Shown piece by piece: positions 55,497 through 56,005 of a DNA stretch of 56,005 nt. The stretch covers positions 67,352 to 123,356 of the forward strand of contig JBBTUT010000003.1 of the NCBI GenBank assembly GCA_038063615.1. Reading direction: 5' to 3'. The translations under genes were made by a program, and so were the position numbers. The notes below the pieces were generated by a model. It had not been told where the DNA came from. It searched no databases and was given only the letters and a program-made list of their open reading frames with translations. Position 1 is the stretch's first letter; every line of letters starts with the position of its first letter. The stretch is from Patescibacteria group bacterium. GTDB lineage: Bacteria; Patescibacteriota; Minisyncoccia; Phycocordibacterales; UBA1550.

Positions 55497-55841
55497 TTAG
55501 AAATATTTAGAAAAAATCAAAATACCGACAATCGCCGCACCGAGAGCGACAATAAAAACAAACCCACCCATCGTATCCTTTATCTTGCCTATCACAGGGT
55601 CGGTATTCGGCTGGACTTTATTGCATAGGTCCTCTATTGCCGTATTCACCATCTCGGCAGAGAGGACAGCGGTGATACATTCGACAACAATGACCCATTC
55701 AATGAGTCCTAATTTGAAATAAAAACCGAGCACCACCACAACTAACCCGACAAAAAGCTCGATGCGAAAATTCACCTCCTCGCTCCACACGGTGCGAACC
55801 CCATGCATCGCCCACCCGAAACTTTTGATTAATTTGCTCAT
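55497..55841 (-). CDS. dgkA: Diacylglycerol/undecaprenol kinase
   Basis: F..A..G...E.NFR, E..NTAIE..C, IG.IKD...G.V. Confidence 0.9.
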   Translation of the reverse strand: MSKLIKSFGWAMHGVRTVWSEEVNFRIELFVGLVVVVLGFYFKLGLIEWVIVVECITAVLSAEMVNTAIEDLCNKVQPNTDPVIGKIKDTMGGFVFIVALGAAIVGILIFSKYF

Positions 55842-55920
55842 TGGTTTACATTGTAACAAAATTTGCTCAAAAAATCATTATGCATCAAGTGTGCACGAAA
55901 CCATTTTTTACCCCAACTGT

Positions 55921-55952
55921 TATCTATTTCAAGTCATGACTTGAAATAGATA
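55921..55952. repeat. Perfect 32-bp palindrome
   Basis: TATCTATTTCAAGTCA/TGACTTGAAATAGATA. Confidence 0.8.
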
Positions 55953-56005
55953 GGTCTAATGGTAATTTAAGCAGTCTGTTTTCTCAGAATCTCTGTCGCA
56001 ATCTT

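Noticed and set aside
53569-55625. Diversity-generating retroelement TR/VR pair
   Set aside because: Differences are not adenine-specific and are largely synonymous; there is no reverse transcriptase in the window.

Overview
This is a 56 kb chromosomal window. Its gene content and gene forms suggest a Patescibacteria/CPR (Parcubacteria-like) bacterium using genetic code 11; the taxonomy is an inference. Housekeeping genes include scpB, a D,D-carboxypeptidase, ftsW, murG, gltX, mraY, asnB, nth, mutY, rpmA, rplI, ctpA, corA, cysS, dnaB, recR, rplU, rmuC, uvrABC, tgt, folA, malic enzyme, a ROK/GH15/GH57/GT4 glucan cluster, a pseudouridine synthase and dgkA, interspersed with solitary accessory genes. 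I saw no rRNA, tRNA, CRISPR array, integrase or transposase. Five signals stand out. (1) An unannotated + strand structured RNA candidate at ~30525-30681 has its own sigma70 promoter and terminator and an unpaired anti-Shine-Dalgarno-like bulge (UUUCCCCUCCU). (2) Many core genes appear leaderless, while a set of stand-alone accessory genes carries strong G-rich SD sites complementary to that bulge. (3) A PaaX/Cas2-like gene is enclosed by a pair of 35-bp self-palindromic inverted repeats. (4) Several families of palindromic repeats or MITEs occur, some inserted in frame in recR, uvrA, uvrC, tgt and the D,D-carboxypeptidase. (5) A duplicated dgkA 3' end brackets a two-gene low-GC cargo.
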